A DNA stretch of 64,000 nucleotides from a plasmid. The position numbers and the translations under genes were made by a program. How positions within the stretch are numbered: position 1 is the first letter of the stretch; each line of letters starts with the position of its first letter. Location: the sequence record NZ_CP071296.1; one strand, 5' to 3'. This document shows, in pieces, positions 9,007 through 19,007 of this stretch. Under the pieces are notes generated by a model. That model ran no database searches and was not told the origin of the DNA. It saw only the letters and a program-made list of their open reading frames with translations.

Positions 9007-9372
9007 ATGGATCAGAAAGAAGTATCACAAAATCAAACAAAGTACATTCAATTTAGATTATCTGAAGAACAATACAATAAGCTGAAAATTTCAGGAGAAA
9101 CATATGGACTCTCTCCGAATCTTTATGCGAAAAAATTAGCACAAAAATCTCATTTAAAAAAACCTTATCTCGAACATGACCAAGCGAAATCTTTATTATT
9201 AGAACTCTCAAAACAAGGAACCAATTTAAATCAAATCGCCAAGAAACTCAATCAATTCGATCGGATGGACAACCAAGATAAAGAGCTGATCGAGGCTTTA
9301 CGCTATACATACGGAGTACTCGCTCAAGCTCAAAAAGGGTATCAAGAGTTATGGCAACAATTGCAAAAATAA
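9007..9372 (+). CDS. mobC: Mobilisation protein MobC (relaxosome accessory protein)
   Basis: GAGGAGG RBS. MobC family signature LNQIAKKLN. Followed by a relaxase gene whose start overlaps its end. Confidence 0.75.
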   Translation: MDQKEVSQNQTKYIQFRLSEEQYNKLKISGETYGLSPNLYAKKLAQKSHLKKPYLEHDQAKSLLLELSKQGTNLNQIAKKLNQFDRMDNQDKELIEALRYTYGVLAQAQKGYQELWQQLQK

Positions 9373-10583
9373 GCAATGGCGCAAGTGCAGCGAGCGCCCT
9401 TAATTATGCTTTAGGTCAAGACAGACCTATGCATGAAAAAACTGAACAGTGGCTACAAGACCATCAATTGGAACGTCCTGTGGAGCTGACAAATTGTCGG
9501 GCAGTTGCCGTGGGTGGAACCAACGGGATTGATCCCTTTATCGCCAAAGAACAATTTGATGTCATTCGACAACTTCATAACCAAACCAAAGAATCCAATC
9601 AAGTCTTGCGTATTACCCAATCTTTCGCCTTGGATGAACTGAATCCGAAAGTTCAAAAAGACTGGCAAAAAGCCAATGATTTAGGCGTTGAATTAGCAGA
9701 AAATCTCTATCCTAACCATCAAAGTGCTGTGTATACGCATTTAGACGGAAAAAATCACGTCTTACACAACCACATCATTGTCAATAAGGTCAATTTAGAG
9801 ACAGGAAAGAAATTAAGAGAACAAAAAGGAGAAAGCGTTCAACGAGCACGAGAAATGAATGATCGACTCGCTTCTCGAGAAAACTGGCACATTTTAGAGC
9901 CACCAAAAGAGCGCCAAACAGAGACAGAAAAAGAACTAATCGCCAAAAATGAGTATTCCTACATGGATGATTTGAGAGAAAGAATCAATAAATCGCTTCA
10001 AGATGTCTCTGTGAGCTCATATGAGACGTTTAAAGAGCGCTTATCCGATAATGGTGTAATTCTATCAGAAAGAGGCCAAACGTTCTCATACGCCTTTTTA
10101 GACGCCAATAACAAGCAAAGACGAGCACGAGAGACCCGATTGGGTTCTGATTTTGGAAGGGAGACCATTTTACATGAGTTGGAAAACCGAGCAAGACAAA
10201 ACGAATTTAGCGCTGTTGAACAACGAGAACCAGCGATTACTCCGCTTGAGCGAGACACTCAACAAAGAGAATCAGAAATTGTTAGCCTTGAACAAGCAAT
10301 TGAACCAAGAAAATCAGAAGCTCTCAAGCGAGAATCAAAAATTAATCGATTTATTGACACAATCAAACAGTTTGCAGGACGAGTACCAGAACTTACTCAA
10401 CGCGTTACAAGAAAATTAAATCAAACAAAAGAGAAAATCCTCGATGATTTTGAACGTCGCTTTTCAAAGGACATGAAAAATTACGAGCAAGAACAACAGA
10501 AAAGCCTAGAAAAACAAGCGAATAGAGACTTACAGTCTGAAAAGAAACCAACAAAAGATCATGATCGGGGGATGAGTCGATGA
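9351..10583 (+). CDS. mobA: Plasmid mobilisation relaxase (MobA/MobL family)
   Basis: Relaxase motif YTHLDGKNHVLHNHIIVN (HxDx..HxH). Coiled-coil C-terminus. Overlaps mobC. Confidence 0.8.
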   Translation: MATIAKISNGASAASALNYALGQDRPMHEKTEQWLQDHQLERPVELTNCRAVAVGGTNGIDPFIAKEQFDVIRQLHNQTKESNQVLRITQSFALDELNPKVQKDWQKANDLGVELAENLYPNHQSAVYTHLDGKNHVLHNHIIVNKVNLETGKKLREQKGESVQRAREMNDRLASRENWHILEPPKERQTETEKELIAKNEYSYMDDLRERINKSLQDVSVSSYETFKERLSDNGVILSERGQTFSYAFLDANNKQRRARETRLGSDFGRETILHELENRARQNEFSAVEQREPAITPLERDTQQRESEIVSLEQAIEPRKSEALKRESKINRFIDTIKQFAGRVPELTQRVTRKLNQTKEKILDDFERRFSKDMKNYEQEQQKSLEKQANRDLQSEKKPTKDHDRGMSR

Positions 10584-11206
10584 ATAAAGATGAACAACTC
10601 GTTGTTCAAGTATTAAATGCTTATAAAAATGGCAAAATTGATTTCAGTAACGTTCCAGAACTAGACCGCTTAGTCCGTCAAGAAGTTAATAAAGACTTTC
10701 GGGACTACCAAGAAAAAATAGAAGCTGTTGCGAATCAAAAAATTGAGTCTGCCATTCAAGAACAACTCCATCGTTTAGAGGCAGAAAGTTTAAAAGCAGA
10801 CATGCTGAAAGACATTCAAGATGAAAAACAAGCATTACTCGCTTTGAAAAAAGAACTGAATGAACAAAAAGAGCAGATAAAAGCAGATCGCAAACGTGAG
10901 ATTGTCGAACGTTACGGTATTCTGATTGCGAATATTGTCTGCCTGTTCTGTTTCTTAGTTGTCGGTATTCTCATCGGACGATGGATTTATAAAGGGATCT
11001 GGGATGGTTGGGGTTTGCATATTTTGTATGACACAGTGATGGAAATACAGCCTAAACATCCTTATGGGGCAGTCATTCTTGGATTAGGTGGTTTTGGTTT
11101 AATCGGTGCTGGAATCTATGGCAGTTTTCGATTGATGTATGAAGCTTCAACGACTTGGTTAGATAAACGTCCAAAAATCTTTAAAAGAATCTTTCCGAAA
11201 AAATAG
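10580..11206 (+). CDS. MobB-like mobilisation accessory membrane protein
   Basis: Overlaps the relaxase stop (ATGA). Coiled-coil N-terminus and two C-terminal TM segments. Confidence 0.5.
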   Translation: MNKDEQLVVQVLNAYKNGKIDFSNVPELDRLVRQEVNKDFRDYQEKIEAVANQKIESAIQEQLHRLEAESLKADMLKDIQDEKQALLALKKELNEQKEQIKADRKREIVERYGILIANIVCLFCFLVVGILIGRWIYKGIWDGWGLHILYDTVMEIQPKHPYGAVILGLGGFGLIGAGIYGSFRLMYEASTTWLDKRPKIFKRIFPKK

Positions 11207-11222
11207 AGAGTGAGGTAATCCT

Positions 11223-11825
11223 GTGGTTTTAGAAAATAAATTAGGCTTAACCAATTCAGCAGAATTAGCCAAACAAGAAGAAATCTTAACGAAAAAAAGA
11301 GCCAAAGAATTGTTTGAGTCTGGCAAAATAGAGGATCTGGAAATTGGGACGTTTCAAGGCTTATCTGATATTCATCAGTTTTTATTCCAAGATATTTACG
11401 ACTTTGCAGGAAAAATTCGAGAAGTGAATATTGCGAAAGGAAACTTTCAATTTGCGCCACGTATTTTTTTAGCGCAAACACTTGAATATATTGATAAATT
11501 ACCTCAAGAAACATTTGATGAAATTATTGATAAGTACTCGGATATGAATGTGGCGCATCCTTTTAGGGAAGGCAATGGACGAGCCACTCGTATCTGGTTG
11601 GATTTAATTCTTAAAAATAAACTACACAAAATCGTCGATTGGAATCAAATTGATAAGGATGAATATTTAAATGCCATGATCCGTAGTACAGTCAGCACCA
11701 ATGAATTAAAATATTTGATTCAAAAGGCTTTAACCGATGATTTAGGTAAAGAACAATTCTTTAAAGGAATTGATGCGAGTTATTATTACGAGGGATATTA
11801 TGAAATAAAAACAGAAGATTTATAA
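11223..11825 (+). CDS. Fic/DOC family protein (AMPylation-type)
   Basis: Fic motif HPFREGNGRATR. GTG start with a GAGTGAGG RBS. Confidence 0.8.
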   Translation: MVLENKLGLTNSAELAKQEEILTKKRAKELFESGKIEDLEIGTFQGLSDIHQFLFQDIYDFAGKIREVNIAKGNFQFAPRIFLAQTLEYIDKLPQETFDEIIDKYSDMNVAHPFREGNGRATRIWLDLILKNKLHKIVDWNQIDKDEYLNAMIRSTVSTNELKYLIQKALTDDLGKEQFFKGIDASYYYEGYYEIKTEDL

Positions 11826-12040
11826 ATAACCGATACAAACAGACTAATCAAATTCTATATTGATTAGTCTGTTTGCTTACGGGATAATTTTGACTTTTGA
11901 TTTTAAATTTTTGAAAAAAATAAAAAAAGGCGAAGCCTATATTAATTTATCATATATATTTTAATCTTTTCTTCTTTTGCGTGGTGAAAAAGTCAATGTT
12001 TCCGCCAATTATATAAATTATACCAAGACAAAAAACAATG

Positions 12041-12848
12041 GGTTCTGTTGCGAAGTTTGAAAATCAAACGAGCCCTCTCTGAACTCAGAATATCTTAGGC
12101 TGGTATTCCCATTAATACCTTGATTTCAGTAGACACCGAAAAGCCGAAGAGCGTTCCATTTCTTCGGTTCTTTTTATATATTCCTCGAAGGGTCTCCATG
12201 CCCTTAATCGTGGAAGAGGCTGTACGGAGACTTTGATAAAATTTATTCCGTCGTTTAATAGGTCGATGGTCTTGTTCTATTAAATTGTTAAGATACTTCA
12301 CAGTTCGGTGCTCTGTCTTAGTATATAAACCCACACTCTGTAACTTTCTAAAGGCGGAGCCAAGAGAAGGTGCTTTATCGGTCACAATTGCTTTCGGCTT
12401 ACCAAACGGTTTATGGAGTCGTTTTAAGAAAGCATAGGCTGCTTGCGTATCCCGTTTCTTTCGTAACCAGATATCTAAGGTTAAGCCGTCCGCATCGATG
12501 GCTCGATACAAATAATGCCAATGTCCCTTAATTTTGATATAGGTTTCGTCCATTTTCCATGAATAGAAGGATTGTCTATTTTTCTTCTTCCAAAGATAAT
12601 AGAGGACTTTGCTGTACTCTTGCACCCAACGATAAATCGTAGTATGACAAACATTTATTCCACAATCATATAACAATTCCTGAACTTCACGATAGCTTAG
12701 ATTGTAACGCAGGTAGTAACCAACAGCGACAATAATGACGTCTTTTTTGAATTGTTTGCCTTTAAAATGATTCATTACTCTGTCCTCTCTGTCTTTTTTC
12801 TCAATTTTACACTAAAATAGATTTTTTGGAAAACTTTGCAACAGAACC
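12041..12848 (-). mobile_element. IS6-family insertion sequence (ISS1-like, 808 bp), copy 3
   Basis: IRs GGTTCTGTTGCGAAGTTT (12041) and AAACTTTGCAACAGAACC (ends 12848). No TSD. Confidence 0.85.
12095..12775 (-). CDS. IS6-family transposase (226 aa)
   Basis: MNHFKGKQFKKDVIIVAVGYYLRYNLSYREVQELLYDCGINVCHTTIYRW... Confidence 0.9.
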   Translation of the reverse strand: MNHFKGKQFKKDVIIVAVGYYLRYNLSYREVQELLYDCGINVCHTTIYRWVQEYSKVLYYLWKKKNRQSFYSWKMDETYIKIKGHWHYLYRAIDADGLTLDIWLRKKRDTQAAYAFLKRLHKPFGKPKAIVTDKAPSLGSAFRKLQSVGLYTKTEHRTVKYLNNLIEQDHRPIKRRNKFYQSLRTASSTIKGMETLRGIYKKNRRNGTLFGFSVSTEIKVLMGIPA

Positions 12849-13140
12849 TTAATTATGTTTGATAAATTAATTGAAGAACTATCCGAACTAATTGACGAAG
12901 ACGAATTAAACGACTACAAAAAAAGCAAAAGAAGTCGTTGAAAAAATTCCAGAAAATGAAGTCGAAGAATTGTGTTTTACGATTGAAAGTTTGTACGGAG
13001 ATATTGAAAATTATCCTAGCTATTTCTAAAAAATGGGGATTGGGGCAACGCCACAAAAGTAAAAAGAATCGTCTGAAGCGAGGAACAAACTAAAATGTAA
13101 ATTTTAGTTGTGACCGAGTGGAAGATGATTACTTTTTAAC

Positions 13141-13160
13141 CTATGTGTATATACACATAG
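13141..13160. other. 20-bp perfect palindrome CTATGTGTATATACACATAG upstream of the second mobC-relaxase module (candidate oriT/operator)
   Basis: Perfect palindrome about 70 bp upstream of the mobC-like gene. Confidence 0.3.
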
Positions 13161-13231
13161 TAAGCTCGCTAAAGACACTAACCCCCTATTTTGAGCTTTT
13201 AGAGTTGACAGATATCTGAGAGGTTGACAAG

Positions 13232-13678
13232 ATGAAAAAAATCAAAAATCGTGAAAGAAATATTTTAAAAAGGTTCTTCGTAAATGAAAAAGAAGACGAA
13301 AGAATTAAATTGATGATGAGGAAAACTGGTATCACTAATTTTTCTATTTTTGCTAGACGAGCTTGTTGCAATAAAGAGATTTTTACTCTTGATTTTTCAG
13401 AGTATAAAAATATTATTTCTGAAATTTCTTCGACAAAATCTGAACTCAAACGTATCGGAAATAATATCAATCAAATTGCTAAACATTTAAACGAAAATAA
13501 AAATAATCAGACAAAAGAATGGATGTCTGATTATCAAAATCAATTAGAAAATTTGGAAGAAAAATTCAAGAAGTCGTTCATTTTATTTCGGAGGGGGAGA
13601 AAAAATGACAGTTATTTATATGCCAAAACAATCGAACGGAACCGTTCATTCTGCAAAAGATTTAAACCAACTTATTGA
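13232..13678 (+). CDS. MobC-like mobilisation accessory protein (second module)
   Basis: Same LNQIAKHLN motif as MobC. Overlaps the downstream relaxase start. Confidence 0.6.
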   Translation: MKKIKNRERNILKRFFVNEKEDERIKLMMRKTGITNFSIFARRACCNKEIFTLDFSEYKNIISEISSTKSELKRIGNNINQIAKHLNENKNNQTKEWMSDYQNQLENLEEKFKKSFILFRRGRKNDSYLYAKTIERNRSFCKRFKPTY

Positions 13679-15122
13679 TTATGTGATGAACCCTGAAAAA
13701 ACAAATGACTTTGAATATGTTTCCGGTCAAAATATTTTAGATATTCATTCAACTTGTGATGAAATGTTAGCGACTAGAACAATGGCAAACACTTTAAAAA
13801 ATCAAGCACGAAAAAACGAAAGGTTTGGTTATCATTTTGTCCAATCTTTTTCACCTGATGACCATTTAACACCTGAACAAGTGCATGAAATTGGTTTGAA
13901 AACCATGAAAGAATATCTCGGAAGTTCTGCGGAGTTTATTATCGCCACTCATATCGATAAACCACACCTGCATAATCATATTGTTTTAAATGCAACCAAC
14001 CCCTTGACCTTAAACAAATTTCAACAAAATAAAAATGATTTGGATACTTTAAAAGAAATTTCTGATAACATTTCTAAAGAATATGGCTGTAAAATTATTG
14101 TCCGTCCTGAACAAAAACTAGGGAATTCTCACAAAAATTATTTGGTCTATCTTGCTCAAATTTCTTACCGGAAAGAGATTAAAAACAAACTTGAATTTTT
14201 GATGAACCATTCTCATACGTGGGAAGATTTTAAAGAAAAAGCAAGTGCCTTAAATTTAAAAGTGGACGATACTAAAAAATATACCACTTATCTTTTAGAG
14301 GGAAGCGAACAAACCAAAAAAATTAGAGATAGAAGTTTAAAAAATGATAAATTTTTAAAAGAAAATCTCAAAGAACGGATAGATAAAAATACCATTGGTT
14401 ATTCAGTTGAGGAAGTCGTGAAACTTTGGAAAGACAAAGAAAGCATTCAAGAAAAAGGACGAGAAAAAGAAATTTCAATTTTGGTAGAAGATTGGCAAAT
14501 TGAGAAAGAAACTGAAAATTTTTTATACGTAACGATTGATACTGCTTTAGATAAAGAAGCGACAATAAAGATACCTGCACGCTGTGTCGATAAATTAGAA
14601 AATGGCGATTATCAAGTCTTTATCAAAAATAAAGACCGATTTTCTTATCTTGATAAGAAAAGTCCGGCAAACAATAAAATCATGTATGGAACAACTGTTG
14701 CTAAAAATCTACAACGACAAAGTGGAAATGTCCCTCTTTATTCTGACAATGCCAATATCAAACTCAAACAAGTCTTTCATGAGTTCGATTTTTTGATTAG
14801 TCAAGGACTTGGTTTTGATAGAAGTTTTGAAACCATAGGAAAGGACTTAAAAGCCGCCTATCACGAAACAGAAAAGCAATTAGATAAATTAGATACAAAG
14901 ATTATAGAGTATGTCGAACAAAACAAAAGTTTAGATTATGTAGATACCACTATCAGAGATACAATAAAAAATCTAAAACTTGAACGTGATGATTTAAGAG
15001 ATACTTTATATAAAGTCGATAAAAACATTCAATACTATCAAAAATCAGAACAGCGATTAGAAGCCTATCAAAAAAATCAAAGTCCAAAACACAAAGCACG
15101 TAATGATGATTTTGAAATTTAG
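13605..15122 (+). CDS. Relaxase/mobilisation nuclease (MobA/VirD2-type relaxase domain), 505 aa
   Basis: Motif III HIDKPHLHNHIVLN. N-terminal relaxase fold. Long coiled-coil C-terminus. Confidence 0.8.
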   Translation: MTVIYMPKQSNGTVHSAKDLNQLIDYVMNPEKTNDFEYVSGQNILDIHSTCDEMLATRTMANTLKNQARKNERFGYHFVQSFSPDDHLTPEQVHEIGLKTMKEYLGSSAEFIIATHIDKPHLHNHIVLNATNPLTLNKFQQNKNDLDTLKEISDNISKEYGCKIIVRPEQKLGNSHKNYLVYLAQISYRKEIKNKLEFLMNHSHTWEDFKEKASALNLKVDDTKKYTTYLLEGSEQTKKIRDRSLKNDKFLKENLKERIDKNTIGYSVEEVVKLWKDKESIQEKGREKEISILVEDWQIEKETENFLYVTIDTALDKEATIKIPARCVDKLENGDYQVFIKNKDRFSYLDKKSPANNKIMYGTTVAKNLQRQSGNVPLYSDNANIKLKQVFHEFDFLISQGLGFDRSFETIGKDLKAAYHETEKQLDKLDTKIIEYVEQNKSLDYVDTTIRDTIKNLKLERDDLRDTLYKVDKNIQYYQKSEQRLEAYQKNQSPKHKARNDDFEI

Positions 15123-15842
15123 TCCGTTGAAAATTCTGATAAGTGAACAATAAAACAAGTCGGATCTAAAATTTTTGGGCTTTAAAATTTAAGACCGGAC
15201 TTTTTTATTTGAGTTTTTTTAAACTCTATTTTTTACTTTGTAAAAAATAATGCTCCTGTCGTTGAGCAAACCAACGAAAAAGCACTAAAGAAATTGAAAA
15301 ATGAATTTTTCACTCCCTTTAATGCTTGAATCATCCTATAAGCTCATATTTTGTCTTTTAAGCCCTTTAAAAAGCATTCTGATATAATTTTCTGTAATAT
15401 CTGACTGAGACAATATTTTAAGAAATTATCGCAAAATTACTTTCAATGTTCTTGAGCGGACTCTATAATGTTGTCCAAAATAATTTTTGACTCTAATAAA
15501 TTGACTTAACGTCATATGTACAGTAGATAATATATCTGTAGGAAATGCTTTTGTAAAATGTGTTACTTGTCAAGAAGATGGAATCCTCTTAGAATCATTG
15601 AATGTAGAATTAAATCAATATGGATAAAGGAAATTTCCAGACAAGAAGATTAGTTGGGAAGACAACCCAAGAATAATTGGAAAAGTAGTTGCTGCATTTA
15701 CTCCGATTGAAATTAATAATATATTTTAAAAAAAGAAAATTGGGACTCCTTAGAGTCCCTTTTAATTATTTTATATTATATATTTTGTCTTTTGTTCTTT
15801 TGCGAAAAAAAAATTCTAGTGTTTGCAAGGGATAACAGGATT

Positions 15843-15920
15843 ATAGTCCTACAAAAAACTGTGCATAGTCCTACAAAAAACTGTGTATAGTCCTACAAAA
15901 AACTGTGTATAGTACTACAA
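15843..15920 (+). repeat. Replication-origin iterons: 3.5 x 22-bp direct repeats ATAGTCCTACAAAAAACTGTGY
   Basis: Head-to-tail 22-bp repeats about 60 bp upstream of the rep gene; an AT-rich region lies upstream of them. Confidence 0.8.
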
Positions 15921-15981
15921 TTTATTTGTATTTGTAGGTGTTTTGTGTTATTATTTATTTAAATCATAAAAGGAGTGGATT

Positions 15982-17136
15982 ATGCAAGAGATAGCCACAG
16001 GAGAAAGAAATAAACAAATACAGGAAATAAGTTCAAGGAAGGTGGCAGAGCATAACGATTTAATTAGCTCAGTTGCAAAAATGGATAAGACACCATTAAA
16101 AATCTTTGAGCTAGCTGTTTCATGTATAGATACTGATGCTCCTCCTAAAGATAATACAGTATTCTTGTCAAAAAAGGAATTATTTACTTTTTTTGATGTT
16201 TCTGATAATGATAAACATCGTCGTTTTAAGGAAGCTGTTGAAAAAATGCAAGAACAAGCTTTTTTCAGAATAAAGGAGAAAAAGAATAGAGGGTTCAAGT
16301 TTAAACGGATAGTACCTATACCTTATGTTGAGTGGAATGATTATAATGATAAAGTTTTGATACGTTTTGATCTAGCTATTATGCCTTATCTCATAGATTT
16401 AAAAAATAATTTTACGCAATATGCCATATCAGATATTATGGAACTGAATAGCAAGTACAGTATTATTTTATATAAATGGTTCTCTATGTCTTATAATCAA
16501 TTTGAGCATTACCAATATAAACCTAATAGAACGAAGAAACAATTGGAAGATTACAAGAATCCTAGGATAATAATTAGTGACTTAAGAGAATTAACAGATA
16601 CTGTTGATGATTATAGTAGATTTGATAATTTTGAAAAAAGAGTCATAAAAGATGCAATTAAAGAAATAAATTCTTTTACTCATTTTAATGTTGAGTATGA
16701 AAAAATAAAAAAAGGACGTTCAATCGATTCAATACAGTTTCATATAGTTAAGAAAGCAAATTGGAAAGATGAGAACTATAAACGTAATGATGTACAAGCA
16801 CAATTAACTGAAGAACAAAAACAAGCTCAAAATCAGGTTAATTATGCAGTAGCAGTTGCAAATCCTTTTACCATGAAACTTATAAATTCCTCTTTGTTAT
16901 ATGCAACGGATATAGCAAACCAGGACACGATTTTAGAGCTTGCTGAGAGTGTTTATCCGTTATATGATAAACTTGTAAAAGAACTTGGAGAAGATGCTTT
17001 AGAAACGCATATGGACTATGTACGAAGAAAGATGGTAGACTATTCAAATGAGAAAAAGAATATCGCCAAGTATTTAAGTATAGCAGCAAAACAATATCTT
17101 AATTCAAGGTTGAGTAAACAGCAAATGAAAGAGTAA
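15982..17136 (+). CDS. repB: Theta-replicon initiator protein (Rep_3/RepB family)
   Basis: 384-aa protein downstream of the iterons, with the typical Rep_3 N-terminus (..NDLISSVAKMDKTPLKIFELAVSCID). Confidence 0.8.
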   Translation: MQEIATGERNKQIQEISSRKVAEHNDLISSVAKMDKTPLKIFELAVSCIDTDAPPKDNTVFLSKKELFTFFDVSDNDKHRRFKEAVEKMQEQAFFRIKEKKNRGFKFKRIVPIPYVEWNDYNDKVLIRFDLAIMPYLIDLKNNFTQYAISDIMELNSKYSIILYKWFSMSYNQFEHYQYKPNRTKKQLEDYKNPRIIISDLRELTDTVDDYSRFDNFEKRVIKDAIKEINSFTHFNVEYEKIKKGRSIDSIQFHIVKKANWKDENYKRNDVQAQLTEEQKQAQNQVNYAVAVANPFTMKLINSSLLYATDIANQDTILELAESVYPLYDKLVKELGEDALETHMDYVRRKMVDYSNEKKNIAKYLSIAAKQYLNSRLSKQQMKE

Positions 17137-17162
17137 GGAAGAAGTTAATACAAAAGAAAGAA

Positions 17163-17196
17163 AAAGGTCGTGCAAAGGTATGACCTTTTTCTTGAC
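17163..17196 (+). terminator. Rho-independent terminator after rep
   Basis: AAAGGTCgtgcaaaggtatGACCTTTttctt. Confidence 0.5.
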
Positions 17197-17281
17197 TTTA
17201 TCTTATATAAGTGTTAAGATATAGGTGTGACTTAAGTAATACCTATGGAATACTAAAGTAGTCGAAAGAGGAGAATAAGGT

Positions 17282-18091
17282 ATGCAAGTAATTAGTTTTA
17301 TGGCAATTAAAGGTGGTGTAGGAAAGACTACAATGGCTTTCCAATTTGCAAAATATTTGCAAGAAAATAATAAAAGTACATTATTAATTGATTTGGATTC
17401 ACAAAAAAGTTTGACTGGTACATTTGAGACAAAAGATTTTAATTTTAAAGATAAACACAATATTTCAGAAATTCTCAGCAATCCCCAAATTGGAATCATT
17501 GCTACTACGGTTGAAAAAAATATTGATGTAATTCCTTCAACTAGTAATTTAGAAGAAATCGCAGATAACTTAGCAACTAAACCTAATAAAGAATTATTGT
17601 TATTTATGTGGTTTGTAAAAAATTCAAAAGAACTAAATCAAAAATATGATTATATTATTTTAGACTTACCGCCTGCATGGAATTTATTAACCAAAAATGG
17701 TGTGGCAGTTGCGGATAAGGTAATATCACCAATGGAACCAAGTCGTTTTGGATACGAAAGTCATACCAAAGTATTACAAAGCGTTTCAACTTTAAAAAAT
17801 GAAGTTGTTGATCCTGTCAGTGGTAAATCATATGTTAGCGCAAAAATCTATTTTTTAGGAAATAGAGTTAAACACAATACTAATTCATCTAAAGAATTTT
17901 TAGAAGCGTTAAAAAATATAAATGATGTAATTGGAATTGTACCTGAAAAAGAAGCTATTAATACAAGTATGCTTCTTAAAAAGGGAATATTTGATTATTT
18001 AGAAGAGACAGGGCAAACTCATACACAAAATAAATTCATTGCATCATTAAAAAAAGTATTCAACCAAATAGAAACAAAGGGGATAGAGTAA
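17282..18091 (+). CDS. parA: ParA/Soj-family partition ATPase
   Basis: Deviant Walker A motif AIKGGVGKTT. Confidence 0.85.
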   Translation: MQVISFMAIKGGVGKTTMAFQFAKYLQENNKSTLLIDLDSQKSLTGTFETKDFNFKDKHNISEILSNPQIGIIATTVEKNIDVIPSTSNLEEIADNLATKPNKELLLFMWFVKNSKELNQKYDYIILDLPPAWNLLTKNGVAVADKVISPMEPSRFGYESHTKVLQSVSTLKNEVVDPVSGKSYVSAKIYFLGNRVKHNTNSSKEFLEALKNINDVIGIVPEKEAINTSMLLKKGIFDYLEETGQTHTQNKFIASLKKVFNQIETKGIE

Positions 18092-18092
18092 A

Positions 18093-18317
18093 ATGGCAAA
18101 CAAGTTTGAAGATATGACCTTTGATAATAATGATTATCAAGTAGTAAAAAATATTTCGGAAGATAATAACACAAATTTGGGTTGGGAGAAAAAAATCAAA
18201 ACTAGTTTTTCAATAAAAAAAAGTAATTCAGAAAAACTAGATGAATTAGTAAAAAAATTTAATGCTAAATCAAGGTCAGTAATTATTGACATGCTAATTG
18301 AAAAAAGTGAACTATAA
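18093..18317 (+). CDS. Small partition protein (ParB/ParG-like DNA-binding adaptor), 74 aa
   Basis: Start overlaps the parA stop. Small basic C-terminus typical of type Ib partition systems. Confidence 0.5.
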   Translation: MANKFEDMTFDNNDYQVVKNISEDNNTNLGWEKKIKTSFSIKKSNSEKLDELVKKFNAKSRSVIIDMLIEKSEL

Positions 18318-18580
18318 AAAGTATTACTAAAGTAATACTTTTATCTTGCTAAGGTGTCCCTTTGGTATTTAATTGGTAAGAACATGATAGTATCCCATAG
18401 ATTATTCTTTGAATTATGAAAGAGGTTTAAATAGATGATAGTTTAAAAGAGTTAGAAGAATAGTTTATTAATTTAAGTAGGTAGTAAACGAAGAGTAATA
18501 GAATTTATAATCAAGGATGATGTTAAGAAAAAGGTATTACTTTACGAATACTTTTATCTTGATAAAGTAATACTGCTTTA
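18318..18580. repeat. Centromere-like repeats containing GTATTACT/AGTAATAC palindromic motifs
   Basis: aaagtattactaaagtaatacttttatcttg at 18318 and ggtattactttacgaatacttttatcttgataaagtaatactg at 18533. Confidence 0.45.
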
Positions 18581-18656
18581 TGGAACACAGGCAAAAAAGA
18601 CTAGCAATTTTGCAACTAGTCTTGTCATAGATCAGATTTTACTTTTTATTTTATAT

Positions 18657-19007
18657 TTAAGAAATATTTATAATCTGTTCAATGGATATAAGATAGATTT
18701 TATCTGTTGATTTTATTCTCACTTGATTCTTGATAAATTCAGAAACAAAACCATAAATTTCAGTCAATTTATCTTTTGATTGATATTTAACTTTGATTTG
18801 GACTTGATTTGAAAAAGACTGATTAAGAAGATGAAGCACTAGATGATGTGGTAATGTTTGAATTACCTTATCATCTTTTTTTTCTTTTTCAAAAGTATTT
18901 TGAGCCTCCGTGAGTTCTCCAGTCGCAAATGCGCCCCATTTCATCATCCCTCTATCGTGGTAAGCACGGATGACTTCATAGGGGCTATAGGAACGGTCAA
19001 CTGACAT
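18657..19007 (-). CDS. YolD-like protein (accessory protein of Gram-positive Y-family polymerase operons)
   Basis: Lies immediately downstream of the polymerase gene (7-nt gap, AAGGAGGA RBS). Likely start is MSVDRSYSPYEV. Confidence 0.6.
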   Translation of the reverse strand: MSVDRSYSPYEVIRAYHDRGMMKWGAFATGELTEAQNTFEKEKKDDKVIQTLPHHLVLHLLNQSFSNQVQIKVKYQSKDKLTEIYGFVSEFIKNQVRIKSTDKIYLISIEQIINIS

